From: Azolla caroliniana
Taxonomy: Eukaryota > Plantae > Polypodiophyta
DNA: 64,000 nucleotides
Direction: 5' to 3'
NCBI GenBank assembly: GCA_043228905.1
Contig: JBHGNT010000001.1
Coordinates: 27,032,001-27,096,000, forward strand
Under the pieces are notes generated by a model. That model saw only the letters and a list, made by a program, of their open reading frames with translations. It searched no databases and was not told the DNA's origin. The translations under genes were made by a program, and so were the position numbers. Below, piece by piece: positions 1-13,211 of this stretch (position 1 is the first letter of the stretch; the number at the start of each line of letters is the position of its first letter).

Positions 1-1141
1 CGTGCAATGGATGGGAAGAAGATACAAACTATAAAGAGAGGAAAATGACACTTGCTTTCCAACTCATGCAGTTAATTTGCACCAAAACTAGGTTTTTTTC
101 TAAAATTACTTAACAATGTGGTGGTGTTCTCACCATCCTGTGATGCCTAGGTTATACTTTGGCAAAAGCTTTCAATTCATGAAAATCATATTTGTTGAAA
201 AATGGTTATGTTACCAATATCCATTTTCTCAAGTGTTACTGTGTTAGTAATATTTTATTTTGGCTCCCAATACATCTTACAATTGTTACTTGATCAATAT
301 ACAATCACTCCCTTGGCCATAGATCCTCATCTTCATCATGGGAAGTTCACTATATGAAATATTTTCAACTTCATGTTAATCGTGAAAATATCAATGTGGG
401 ACAATTTACACTTCTCATAGTCATAGATCAAGAAACATGAATGGAAGGATTGCAATTCTTGTCTTACGTGAACCAACACCAAATATGATGACCCAACTAT
501 TATTAGCAATTCCAATTTGGGAGAAGACTTTATTGTCATTGAAAGCTTCATAGGTCCCCGTCGTATATGTTTAGAGCATACTGGAGTTTCATAAATTTTA
601 GGGTCTTCCTTTCTTAGAGGAGTATGGGTTGTACCGAAATGCTCATGAAATTGGCATGCTACCAAATGCTTATGCACAACTTCATTCTACATTGAAATGA
701 ATCGATTTCTTTTGTTTAGTTTTCATGGATCTTTTATTCTAAGGTTGATACAAATAAAAACACTATTCAATGAATTTAATTACAAACTTAAACATGCATT
801 TCCTTACTAAAAAACTTAAACCAAATGGTTGAGAACTTAAATTAGTCATCGTTTGATGGAATGAAAAATATTGTTGCCAAGGAAAAGTTTAGATAGGTAG
901 CGCATGTGTACTCTTAGCCAAAATGCATTTGAACCTATAAAAGTAGAAACCAAGTATTGATAAGGGGATTGATGCATTTTGTACGTAAGAGCAAGGACAT
1001 TGCTAATTGATTCGCAACCTCCACAATAACACCACCTACCATGAGCTATGGATTTTTTGATTGATGACATATATACTAAGTCTCACTTTCACATTGTGCA
1101 AAGTGAAATATTTTTGTGGAGGTAAGAGAGAGAGAGAGAGA

Positions 1142-1310
1142 TCTTTGAAAGTTGAAGGGAGTATTAATGTGACAATTTTCTTTATTGGAGGAAGTGGAAA
1201 TTCTTTCTGCAGTAGAGTGTCCGTCTTGCCTATTAGCAATTCAACATGTTCCACTACCCATGTAGTGTAGTGTTTGTCACACACACTTATTAATATAATT
1301 GTGTGTTTTT

Positions 1311-1313
<3 letters not shown>
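1142..1313 (+). mobile_element. Short 5'-truncated 3' end of an L1-type LINE, flanked by (GA)n on both sides
   Basis: Aligns with the reverse complement of 32241-32460 (gaaagttgaagggagta...catgttccactacccatgtagtgtagtgt...ttattaatataattgtgtgtttt). (GA)n lies at 1125-1141 and 1314-1347. Confidence 0.85.
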
Positions 1314-1347
<34 letters not shown>

Positions 1348-1349
<2 letters not shown>

Positions 1350-1830
1350 TCTACTAAGACCAAATTTGGCACATGAGCCAATTGGTTACAATAATGGGAT
1401 GTGTACACAATCATTGAAAAATAAAAATAAACTAAACTTGGATAAAAGAGTTTAGTGTGGTTACTGGTACAAAAGATGTTATGGTGTAACATATTCTATA
1501 AACGAAACAACTATGTGTTGGGACTAGTTTCATTTCCATCCAAATCTCTCGAAAAGGAGGAAGTCAAAGGGTTTCAATGTGGGTGTGACATGTGGTCCTA
1601 ATGTAAATGGTATCCTGACCATAGCTTCTAGGCGATGTAACTCACGGTCCCTTATCTTCTTAATTGTTTCTGGACAACGAGTGAATTTGAGACCCCATAT
1701 TCGAGGGTGTTACATGTTTGGTGAATATTAGAAAGGTTAAGGTTAACATTTTGTAGCTTATTCTCTTTATATCATTTTAGCTCTTTATATCCGGGGTATC
1801 CAATTGTCAACATCAATACGGCATAGGGCC
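1348..1830 (-). mobile_element. Degenerate 3' fragment of an RTEX-like LINE related to the element at 16.7-21.9 kb
   Basis: Reverse complement matches 21380-21890 (gagaataagctacaaaatgtt; aagaagataagggaccgtgagttacatcgcctagaagc; ttttcgagagatttggatggaaatga; ccaaatttgg) and runs into (CT)n. The upstream boundary is approximate. Confidence 0.8.
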
Positions 1831-2049
1831 AACCAAAAGTAGTTGATCATATGGATAACTTTAGAGCACATCCAATTAGATAATCAATTGTGCTTTAACC
1901 TCCTCCATAGAAAGAGAGAGAAACAAAAAAGGATATCTCAATTCTAGCATTTCCTTTTCATGTATGGCTTAAGGTGGTCTGATCAATTGTGGTCTCTATG
2001 GTATCTTAATATCTTTGTTACCATAGTCCAAGAAAGCTCTTGAAATGGT

Positions 2050-3055
2050 ATCACACTGAATGCAAATATTATTTGTCATGGTTGGCATGGGATCATGTTT
2101 GTACATCGATATTGAATTTATATGAGCATATGTTAGCTTGTCCATACACTTTCCTTCAATTTATGTTTGAGGGCCTACAACTTTGGAAATGGTGGCATAC
2201 TTTATAGAGAAGGCCGAAATTCATCTTGGAAACACAACAATTGAAGTTACTTGGTGGAATGTCATGAAATCCAAAAGGGATGTCAAATGTTCAAGGAATG
2301 TAATAGTTAATAATTTGTTGACATCTCAACAAAGCATGTTAGATTTTGTGCAATAGAATTCTACACAAGAAAAGGGATGTGTCAATTCATTACAACTGGA
2401 GGTTTTGGTGACTTCAAGATTGTTGCTAGATTGTGTTGGTAACAATTAAGGATACTATGTCAGTGTCACAAAGAATATTAATGGCCTTTTGAAGTGCAAG
2501 ATCAACCATTCATATTCCAAGGACTAAATTCTTTGTTTGGAATAAGTTGCATGAATGATTTGTTATCATCTTATGGGTCAATTCATGATTATAATATCAA
2601 CAGAAGATGCTTATTACAAGTTGATTGACAACCATTACCTAGTGGTTTCATGTGATCCAGACAGGTTGGTGTTCTCAATTGACAATGCAAGATAAGGTAT
2701 TCATTTGGAGGGTTATGGTTGGAGTGTTACCATTGAGGAATATCTGTTTCTTTTGTTCAATGGAATGACATCTTTTATACACAATGGCTAGAATGGTTTC
2801 AAGGTATATCAATTTAGTGTGGATGTCTTTAATTGGAGTGAGATTATCTTCACCAAATTCAGTCTTTAATTGGAGTGAATGGATTCACAAGTGGGGTTGA
2901 GGAAATTTGTTGTACAGTTTAAAGGACTTCTTTTGTGGCAATTGAATATACTAGAGAATACACGAAATCTCAATCATGAGAGAGAACTCTACAAGGTCAC
3001 ATATCTATCATCACATTGCACATTTGAATTGGTTTATATTGTTGGATTGAGTTTT
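2050..3055 (+). pseudogene. Degenerate L1-type LINE ORF2 C-terminal fragment
   Basis: Homologous to 33854-35080 (-): SWLAWDHVC motif, GILY..EK, and SQVGLRKFVVQFKGLLLWQL versus SQVGVRKYVLKLKGLLLWQL. Many stops and indels. Confidence 0.8.
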
Positions 3056-4298
3056 CAAAACTACAATGCAAAGTGGGATCCAGTAAATTAAGGGGCAAAA
3101 AAGAGGTGTCACCATTGAGCCGTGAACTCAAGGACTCCAAGTTGTTTTGTTGTTGTGGGCAAGAGAAAGACTATCAGTATTTCACAAACAAATGATCTAT
3201 ACAAAAGAAACATAATAACTGAAAAAGAGTGGCAAATGAGAATAACTATTGTCTTAAATGTGTAAGACAATATTCATATAACTTCATATAGTTATCCTAG
3301 GTTGCTTCAAACAGATTACCTACTAAATAACTTCATATAGTTATCCTCAGTCGTCAACATAATGGGGTCTAATAATGGCCTTTCTATTAGGCTCCTTTGA
3401 TAACCAATTGACACACTTCAGATTATTATACATGTAGTAATGAAGAAGTGCTTACGCATATGGTGTATCAGATTATGTAGCAATGCACAGCAGCTCCACA
3501 AATATGTTTACTTTTTTCTTCGTTGTTGCATAGTCCCAACTAATAAAGCACTTTCCATATATTTTGTTTCTGAAGTTCTACTTAATCTTTTTGTCTGTAA
3601 CCTACTAACAAGAGTTTTAACTTGTCATAGCAACTATTAAACTAGGTAACACAAGATCCAAGAAGTTTAATTGCATCTAAACCATGTGGCAGTTCATAGT
3701 GGCTCAACAGTCCTAAAACTCCATAAACTTCATGCATTAAATTTTCACTGTGGTATTAAGACATAGATACTATACCAAAACTGGACGATGCATAGATGAA
3801 TGTTTGAACGTACATGATGCAGAAACTTATATTCCTCGAAACATTCCTCAAACTGACATGAAAGAACTCAATCAGTCCAGACGTTTCGCCTTTAGTTTCA
3901 GTATTTCCCCAAACATCAAAAGCTAAGTGATACCCACATTGTCTGGCTATAATCATCTACAAGAGTTTTGCCATCATCTTTCCGCAATACCAATTATATG
4001 AAGCTAACGTTATTGTCCAATTGAGGCAGAAAAAATGCAGTCAATACTACATAACACAAAAATTGATTTAGGAGGTTCAACCGACTATATATTTTGCACG
4101 TTTGAGGATATAATACAAGTGTCTAGTCAGAATTTTGATCACATCTAGAATACAGAAACTAATCCCAAATTCATGCTAATGCTAGAATAGTGTAACCTTT
4201 AACACGAGAGCAAAAACTTGTCACAAGCAGGCATTTTCCGTCCATTCTATACATAGGAAAAACTTCAGTGGGGATAAATATAATAGTAAATAATAGTA

Positions 4299-4637
4299 GT
4301 AATTGTAGTAATAGTAGCAACAGTAGTAAAAGGAGTAAGAAAGTAATACACACAATCAAGAGGTTTATTGCAATGTTTTACATTATGTACATGGCCTTAC
4401 CTCCATTCCCATCTCCATGTTGCTCACAATACAAGCAAGGTAATGGAATAGTCTGGGGTTTATAATATTCGTAATTGTAGTAATAGTAGCAACAGTAGTA
4501 AAAGTAGTAAGAAAGTAATACACATGTTCAAGAGGTTTATGGCAATGTTTTACATTATGTACATGGCATTACCTCCATTCCCATCTCCATGTTGTTGCTC
4601 ACATACAAGCAAGGTAATGGAATAGCTTGGGGTTTAT
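4299..4637. repeat. Tandem duplication, two ~170-bp units downstream of the hnRNP gene
   Basis: Units start gtaattgtagtaatagtagcaacagtag at 4299 and 4471 and end ggggtttat; they are nearly identical. Confidence 0.9.
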
Positions 4638-5343
4638 TATCACTCGAACCTGCAAATCTTAATAAAATGCAAGTAAAAAGTGACTAGATCTCAGGGAGAT
4701 CTTAACCCTGGAAAGAAAAAAATAGAAAGGTAATGAAATCTTTTTAAGTATTGAATTTCTCATATGAACCGTACGTTGAGACTCCTATATCACGAAAGAC
4801 TATTTCATGAATGCATATCATACATTTGTTTAATCAAACTACACTATGCTATAACCTAACTAATCTGAGTAAGGTTAAGATTTTTCTATACGCAACTATA
4901 ATGGAATCAGACCCATATGCGTCATAATCAAATGGAATTCGCAATCGCTCGTACAACATCAAACTAAACTAAACAGTGACCTCAGTAGCAAGTTCAAACT
5001 ATTCATTGCTACAACGGAATCAGTCTAGTGTCTCTGTCAACAAAGCAAAGTACAGATTCCACTACGAAAAAACACACGGGGAAAAAACTATGAAGGTATT
5101 TTCCTAAAGAATTGGGCTAGCCCTTAAAGCATATTGGCTTTCACTAAATCCAACTCTTGCAAGAAAAAAGCTTGCAATCAGCAATCTAGCGCACTTCTAG
5201 AAACAACCATGCCAGTAAATCTTTTCTGTCCATATGAGATCATTCTGACACAATCTAAGAAAAGTAGCCAACAATATAAGAGCTATATCCATATTGCTCC
5301 AAGTGTGCCAATTCTCCTACCTTTCCTTATCTCTCTAGAATTA

Positions 5344-8236
5344 TCACCTGCCATACGGATGGTATCTCCCACTACTATAGCCACGGCCACTACCACCATA
5401 ACCACCACCACTTCCCCCAACACCACCACCACCATAAACATTACCATAACCAGATCCAGAACCACCATAGCCAGCATAATTGTAGCCCATGCCACCATAA
5501 CCATCATCAACATCGCCACCAAATCCATAGAAACCTCCATAGCCACTACCACCATAACCATATGCGGCTCCATATGCATAGCCTCCTCCATGTCTTCCAT
5601 CACCCCTGTATGGTCCACCTCCATAATATGGAGCGGCAGCAGCACCACCCCCACCAGCACCACCATAACCACCATAAAACCCAACATTTCCATCATAACT
5701 AGAACCTCCTCTTCCCCTCCGAGGACCACCCCTGTCATGACTTGGTGGAGCTTCATCTCCTCTCTTTGGTTCTGCTTTCTTAATTTCAACCTGTCACAGT
5801 TTGAAGAAACAGTTTCATCTCCTCCTCAAACTGTTGGATAGAAACGATGAACATCACTGGTTTGTTAAAGTACATTCTCTCACCTGTTTACCATCAATTT
5901 CATGCATTTTCCCGTGACTCAACAGATCCTCAACTGACTGTTCACTCTCAAAGGTTACAAAGCCAAACCCACGAGATCTTCCAGTGCTATGATCTTGCAT
6001 TATTTGGCATTCAGCAATCTTTCCAAATTTCTCGAAGAAACTTTTAAATTCCTCTGCATTACAAAGAATTCATGAATCTTTAACATAGTACAAACGTTAT
6101 TTTTATTCTTAAAACAATAATAAGAAATCCCCCTTATCACATGGATTATGAACATACAAGATAAAAGGATAGGTAACATTTAACTCTTACCTTCAGTTGT
6201 GGAGGTCTTGAGTCCTCCTACAAAAACTTTCTTGGTCTTTGGCCCTCTAGTTGATGTAGGGGTCACTTCCCGTGGTACTGTTCGCTTTGCTTCAACCTAA
6301 AAGGAGAAAAATACTTATTATTAACATCAATAAAATGAATTCACTCAATTAGTGACCCAAATCTTCAGCATACCATTTTGCCATCCAGAATGTGAGTGTC
6401 TTTCAGAGCAATATCAACAATTGACGGATCAGCAAATGTGACAAAACCAAAGCCTCTAGGATGACCAGTGCTTCGATTTTTCATGATGACAGAATCTATG
6501 ATCTCTCCATACTTCTTGAAATGACGAGTAAGCATTTCTGGCAAAGGGATGTGACGATATAAGTGAGGAAAGCTCACGAGGAGCACAAAAAGAAAAATAA
6601 TTGCAAAGCGACAGAATGAAGTACATACCTGTAGTTGTATCCCTTGTCAATCCACCAATAAAAATTTTGCCCCTGAATACAAGAAAACGAAGTTTTTATG
6701 TGGCAGACAAGATTCGTAACTGACCAATCTTGCAATGGCAAGTGCACAATGTTATTCCAAGAAACACCTCAAGGAGCTGAAACTCCAATTAGAACCATAG
6801 TGTATGCCATTATACCCTCTCACAGATGTCAGGAATACAAAGCAAGCAAAGTATTTTACTTCGGGTATAGCCATAAAACATAACACAGAGAAGGAGAATA
6901 TTGAAAATGTTAAAAGTTCGGATTTCAAAGAGGTTTAGAAATGATAGAATCTAGGATTTCAAAGAAGACAAAAAATTATGAACGATGGCCCGTCACTTTC
7001 TTCAACCAAGTTAACATTTCAAAGGGAATTGAAAGCAGTAATATTTTGGATTAACATTCCTTTAATTAAAGGGCAATAAATGATTAATGACTGCCATTAC
7101 TTTCTTCAACCAAGTTAATGTTTGAAAGGGTAAGGAAAGCAGTGAGGTTTTATGTTAGCATTTCGTTTATTAAAGAGCGATAAGAATATGTTTTCAAAGA
7201 TCATTGAGAATCATAAATGACTGAGTCAGTTCCCAAAGAGCACTTTGGATAATAAATTATTTGGTGAGTTCTCAAGGTGGATTACAAACAATAAAGCTTG
7301 GAGTTTGTGAGCGGTTTTGAACTGAGAACAATGATAAAACTTATGAATAACAATAGCAAAAACTTGCAATGAAGATTAGAAACACGCACCATTGGTAAAA
7401 ATTTAAGGGTAAGGGGTTATGAGGAGAAGTAAAGATATAGATTAGGTTTGAAGGAGGAGTAGAACCGAAAAGGAGAGAACTTACCCTGAGCTGTTGCTCC
7501 CTTCCGTAAAATCCTTCCTCGCAGCATATATCTGGGCCTCGTTCTCACCTCCTTTAGAAACGCCTTCACCATTCTGCATCGTAGTATCTTGATCTGCACT
7601 ATTTTCTTTTGAGTTTTCTACATTTTCCTTCTTTTCCTTCTCTACTTGTGCATCGTTATCAACATCCTCTCCTTCAACCTCTACTACATCTTCCTCCTCC
7701 TCCTCCTCTTCTTCTTCTTCTTCTCCTTCTTCTTCTCCTTCTCCTTCTCCTTCTCCTTCGTGTGCTGTTACATCCTCTTCTCCCTCGAAACGTAGTTCAT
7801 CTCCTTCCTCGGCAAGACCTAAAACTTCTTCTTCCTCCTCTTCAAGTCCTAAATCTTCTCTTTCGAGGCCTAAATCGTCTCTTTCAAGACCAAGATCGTC
7901 TCCTTCGAGGCCCAAATCGTCTTGATCAAGACCAACACCTTCCTCATTGGCAGATTCAGAAGCAATGGCTTGTCCCGTAGCTGTTTGTGCTGCTTCCTTT
8001 TCTATTACATCTGCTGAATCGCTGGATATTGGATAGGAAAGTGGAGGATCAGAAGCAGAAGTTTCTCTTACCTCATCTGCTTCTTCTTCATATGTGTCTT
8101 TCATGCGATTATCTTCATCTTCTTGGGCCAGCGAAGGAGGGGTGTGCTCCTGTTTCTGCAAAGAAGCCTCTTGTTCTTTCTTGGCTTTCTTGGCAGCAGG
8201 GGAGGAGGTCTTCTTTCCCTTTCGAGCAGGTGCCAT
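5344..8236 (-). CDS. hnRNP A/B (Musashi-like) RNA-binding protein with acidic N-terminus, 2 RRMs, Gly/Tyr-rich tail and PY-NLS; 560 aa. Exons 8236-7485, 6672-6629, 6537-6374, 6296-6191, 6053-5884, 5790-5344
   Basis: All five introns are GT-AG with consistent phases (1683 nt total). RNP2/RNP1 motifs are KIFIGGL...RGFGFVTF and KVFVGGL...RGFGFVTF. The C-terminus is GRYHPYGR*. Confidence 0.93.
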
Positions 8237-9051
8237 GGAAGATCAAGCTTTTCCTCCTTCTCTTCCTCTTTCTCTCTCTCTCTCTCTCTGTCAATCACTC
8301 TATGTCGGCCGGTCGGTCGGTCGCAGAAGATGAAGAATTGCAGGGAAACGACAGTCTTTCCTAACGGACGGACAGACAGAGACAGACCGCAGAAGCAGAA
8401 GCAGACGCAGAAGAAGCAGAAGAAACCCTAAAATCTGATGGCTTTTTGCATTTTCTTAACACTGTCTGTTTTATTTATTTACTTACATTTCTTTTTAGGT
8501 TTATTTAGTTTTATGTCCATACTATATGTACATACATATATGTATTTCTTAAAACCTTTTATATACATACTCCATAGTGTACTAAATCATCAGTCATTCT
8601 TCATGTTTTTCCTTTAACATTTTCTGTTTTCATTGTCATGATCATATCAGTTTTTTCTTCATGGTTTTTTCCTTCACGTTTTTTTGTTTTCGCGTTATGA
8701 TCATATAAGTTTTATAATAACTCTTTGAATGGGGGGGGGCCAACCGAAGTTTACTCTCGATGAATGATGATTGATGATCATGATGATGAGCAATTGGGTC
8801 ACAGGAAATTATTCATCACTGCATTCCAGATGCCGCAATAGATCACACATAAGTTATGTCAACCATACAACATTCTCTTTTTGCATTTGTATGTATGTAT
8901 GGTATGTATGCAGCACCTAATGCCTACCATACATACAAAGTGTTCTCTTTTTGCTCGGGTAAATCTACTTTTTTCCTACCATTGCAAGAGATCGTGCCAT
9001 CATTACTTTCTCTCGTTTAGCTCCACAACTCTCTCGACTCTAGACATTCTT

Positions 9052-9095
<44 letters not shown>

Positions 9096-9174
9096 CATGA
9101 AGCATTTATATAGCCGATTTCTATACGGAGTGCTATCATCCCTATGAGTCCTCTCACATAGATCTTGAACCATT

Positions 9175-9750
9175 CCATACACACATTGGGTTGATGGACT
9201 TCACTGCTAACAACCTTGACACCATGAAGGAATGCATATTACACCTCGAGTAGCCTCCTTCATTATCAAGCCCTTCACCATGTAGGGGCTTGCTCTCAGT
9301 TTGCATGGTTTGGTGGTATGTAGTTTGTCTACTTTGATGGACAAATGCTTTTGGCAATCCATTGTTGCAACACTTTCTTAAGGGTGGGTCGTTCGGCAAC
9401 AAGCCATCTCTAATGCCCCACATTCACCATCTACAATTCAAGCTTACATGTAGTAGGAAATTATGAATACAACATGTCCACCCACACCATGGACAATGCT
9501 CAACTAGTCTCACTTGCAACCTATGGAATGCACACTATGCCTCCATTAATCTCCTTGTCTAAGCCCCTTGATGTCTAGGGCTTTGCTCTCAATTTGCCTA
9601 CTTTGATGGGTGATGGAAAGCCCTCCACATTCGGATCTACTTAAGGATGGTCCCATTTGGTAAAGAACTCTCTAACAACCCACGTGTTATCTACAATTCA
9701 ATCCAACATGTGATGAGTAATTATGAACAAAACATGCTCACCCACACCAC
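9175..9750. repeat. Degenerate tandem repeat, about two 260-300 bp units
   Basis: Shared blocks atctacaattcaa...acatgt...attatgaa...aacatg..cacccacacca at ~9430 and ~9690, and aagccc...tagggg/tagggc...ttgctctca at ~9270 and ~9560. Confidence 0.6.
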
Positions 9751-10314
9751 AACCGCAATCCTCCACATCAACAATATTACAAGTTGAACTAATCATGAGC
9801 AATGTAATAAGAGATTAAGGGGGGGATGGATTAAGGGTGCTTAACCACACCAACAAAACCCGAGTGAAGGAAATACTACAAAACATAAAATATCATTGAT
9901 GTTCAATACCATCAAATATTACCTTATATTATACCTTGGTAGTTTAATAATGGATACAAAGAAGTGGGTTGATCATCACCTATAGAAACTCAAGAACATC
10001 AGATGCACTAATGAAGTGGGTACCTAGTCCCCTTTATATAGTACAACAATAGATGATAAAAGAGTGGTCACAAGGTGACTTGTAGGCGGGCATGTCTTGC
10101 ATAAAGAGGTGTGAGTTTGCACACATTCCTGACATACCTATTGCATGCTTGGTTGTATATAAAGGGGGTTGCCCTCAAGGAGTTCAAAATGCTTAAGATT
10201 GAAGACGACATTTGACAAGTGAGACGCATGAGAATGGGGGACAGATAAAAAAGGAGGAGCAAGAACAATGAAGTGGAAGATGAGACTAGATAGATTTCAA
10301 CATTTCTCTTATTC

Positions 10315-10630
10315 ATTAAGAAGAAAGATTTATCATTGCATATGATGTACGTAGATTATCGCATTCTAAATTGCTTAACCATTATTCATTGGTATCCCTT
10401 ATCATTGATTATGGAACTTCTCGATCAACTTTGGAATTGGGCGAATCTTCTCCAAATTTGACCAACAAGGAACCTACAACTTAGTCTTATTCGAGCCCGG
10501 GAATGAATGGAAGACGACTTTCCAAACTCGCTATGGCCATTTGGAGTACACGATGTTGTTATTTGGCCTCGCAAACTTCTCGACATCCTTCTAACACATG
10601 ATGAATGACATCTTTGGGGAATACATGCCC
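10315..10630 (+). pseudogene. Old Ty3/Gypsy (chromovirus-type) reverse transcriptase fragment
   Basis: Translating across frameshifts gives VDYRILN...YPL...ELLDQL...IFSKFD...EWKTTFQTRYGHLEYTMLLFGLAN...MMNDIF. Confidence 0.8.
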
Positions 10631-11480
10631 ATTGGACATGATCCATTACTACTTAAAAGAGGGTAGTTCTACACAAATTACATATATGGTCATGTTTTTT
10701 TTATATGCATTTGGCGTATGACCATTATTGTAGATTCAAAATATTAAGTCATATAGAGTTGTTAAAACAAAAGAACATGACATTATTCCTCAATATATTT
10801 CAATCGTGGCCCCACCAAACTCCATATGGTTGGCTTGAGAACCCATGTTCATGAGCTAAACTCAACATACCTCTACAAATTTGAGTCCATGAAGGATTTT
10901 CTTTTGTTTTCTTGTAATTTGCTTTTATTCACTTCCTAGACCATCTCTTCCCGGCGTATGATGCAAACATGGCTTGTTGATGTGACCCTTCAATTTTTTG
11001 CCATGATATCTCAACTTTCAAACGTCTCAATTCCACCATTAAATTTCTCTACCTCACCCACATTTTTTTCCATCGCATGCCACACCAATCTAACAGAAGA
11101 TTTCACATATTTCTTTGAAGCTCTTCATCTCCCTATTTCTAACATCTCCATCAAGCTTGAGTAGCCCTCCTTGTTGACACCCATGATGGAACCTCCCCTA
11201 ATGCACTAGATATTGTGCATGCATTTGGTCGAGAAGGGATGTTAAGTACTCACCAAACATCTCACTTAGATATTAGGGCCAATGGATACAATGAATAAGT
11301 AGAACCATAGAGAGAGGGAGAGCGAGAGATCGTATTATCATTTCAAGAGGCCAAACATGACCTAAGAGACACATGACGATGATTAATGGCATGTGAGAGC
11401 AATTTTCACGTGATACATGTCGAAGGGATTATTGATTCACGACATTCAAGAAGTTAACTAATCAATGTCACTATTCAAAG

Positions 11481-11764
11481 CATAGTACGTAAAATTCGTG
11501 TTCGTCTAGTATAACATTCGTTTTCCTACGTTGGAAAACGAATGCGAATGTTATTCAAACATTCTTGTGTTTTTTTTTGTTTTTTCCCCATTTTTTTAAT
11601 GTTTTTTATTTGTTTTCTTTTCATTTTTAGGCTTATCTACCTCATAACAAATAGTTAATCCAAAAGTATGGTATTTATCATTCTTTGAGGGTGTTTTTCT
11701 TTCGCGAATGATTGAACCATTCATGAATACGAATGCACGTATGGTATGTATGGTTCATACTATG
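11481..11764 (+). mobile_element. hAT-type MITE, copy 1
   Basis: TIR CATAGTA...TACTATG; 8-bp TSD ATTCAAAG at 11473-11480 and 11765-11772. Confidence 0.9.
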
Positions 11765-12269
11765 ATTCAAAGTGTACATTGCGCTTATGAGAGAAATTCA
11801 AGCAAATGATTGGGTTGGGTCAAATATGTGTGGAAAGCATAATCAAAGACATAACATTGTACCAAAATGTAATACGAAACCCTAGAACATGTTTAGGCAA
11901 ATTGAGCATAGTCAAATGTCATCAAAGACATAGCATTGTGTCAACATGTGATACTTAGACACCAGAATATGTTCAAGGCAAAATGTGCATAGTTGACTAG
12001 TCTCGTAACCCTTTTATAGGCCAACAACTCATCTCACATATAATGGAGTATGAACTAATTCATATGGAATCAAGCTTTCAAAAGGTCAACAAGGAGATGG
12101 GCTCTAACTTGAATCCATGCAAAAAGACCTCAACCTCATTCCAGAGGAATCCATTGATACATCATGAAGCAAGTGTGTTCCATCCCATTATCCAAAGTTT
12201 TTTTCTATAGCTTGAGACCAAACAAAACACGAAATTTTGCTTCTATGAGCCTTTTGGGTCTTTTACTTA

Positions 12270-12470
12270 CTTTCCATGTGATTCTAAGAAGTTGATGTGA
12301 GGGACATTTTTTCATGTACTCTACCACCCTTACCATGGACATGATCTCAATGGACATAATTTCGTCTCAAGAAGTAGAAAACATTTCTCGAGGACCCAAC
12401 ATTTAATGTCTCCACCATTTTATGTTTTCCCAAGTGGATAGTATGTTCTCTTTCATGCTTGTAAGTGATA
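12270..12470 (-). pseudogene. Possible remnant of an LTR-retrotransposon integrase zinc-binding region
   Basis: Only fragmentary motifs HLGKHKMVE and EYMKKCPSHQ on the minus strand. Confidence 0.3.
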
Positions 12471-12605
12471 GGTAGCACATTCATTCTATTTATGATTTGA
12501 GAGAACTTTAAGGTCAACAATTTTAGCGCTTTCCACTATTTCAAGGCAAGGGAAACAATAAGAGAGAGAGTAAGAATGTTGAGCATTGGATTGGGGTAGA
12601 AAAGT

Positions 12606-13038
12606 TGTTGAGATTTAAAGCTCAACTAAGTTTAGCCATTTAGTTAACCACATAACTTAGTTATTACCTAGATAGAATCTAGTTAGAATGTTAACTATAA
12701 AGTCTTTGGTAGGATTGTGTTCCTTGTACTTAAGTGGGATACCTTCTAGATCCCCCACTATCAAGTTCATTTAATATAGGACTTACACCCTTATACCTAT
12801 ACATGTTCTCCTCACATATGTGCACCTTTGCACATGAGATGTATGTATACCTCATTGCGGGTATTTTTTATTTTTGATGTCTCTTTAATATAAGTAAGAG
12901 TTCCTTGAGATACACTTATTAATCATCCCCCATTTATTGTTCATAAGTGTAACTCTCCCTCTCTCTTCCTCTCACACACATATCATATAATATTCTGCAA
13001 CTTAATCACATAATTAGTTAATTACCTAATTATTAACA
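12606..13038 (+). repeat. C1 5' LTR
   Basis: TG...CA ends; matches 16038-16348 plus 35207-35345. Confidence 0.9.
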
Positions 13039-13050
13039 TGGTATCAGAGC
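13039..13050 (+). promoter_or_regulatory. C1 primer-binding site (tRNA-iMet)
   Basis: TGGTATCAGAGC directly after the LTR. Confidence 0.9.
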
Positions 13051-13211
13051 GTGTGGTTTAGCATATCCACTAAGCCCACCTGACTCATAGTGATTGTGTG
13101 TTTGAGAACCCAACAACAACTCTAGTTATTTGCTACCGTAGTGCCGCTACGTAGCTGCACATGTACGTGACCAAAGGAAGAAAAGCTAGAAAAGAAAGAC
13201 ACTACATTGAC

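Noticed and set aside
1-1120. Short ORFs and possible TE remnant
   Set aside because: No recognisable motif could be reconstructed.
2050-3055. Counter-example to microsatellite targeting (same family as 33743-35082 but no GA tail)
   Set aside because: Its 3' UTR appears lost and the copy is heavily decayed, so it is uninformative either way.
5134-5841. Thr-rich 235-aa (+) and Val/Met-rich 168-aa (-) ORFs
   Set aside because: Antisense and alternative frames of the Gly/Tyr-rich last exon of the hnRNP gene.
7609-8431. Leu/Pro-rich plus-strand ORFs
   Set aside because: Antisense shadows of the acidic exon and the CT/GA repeat in the UTR.
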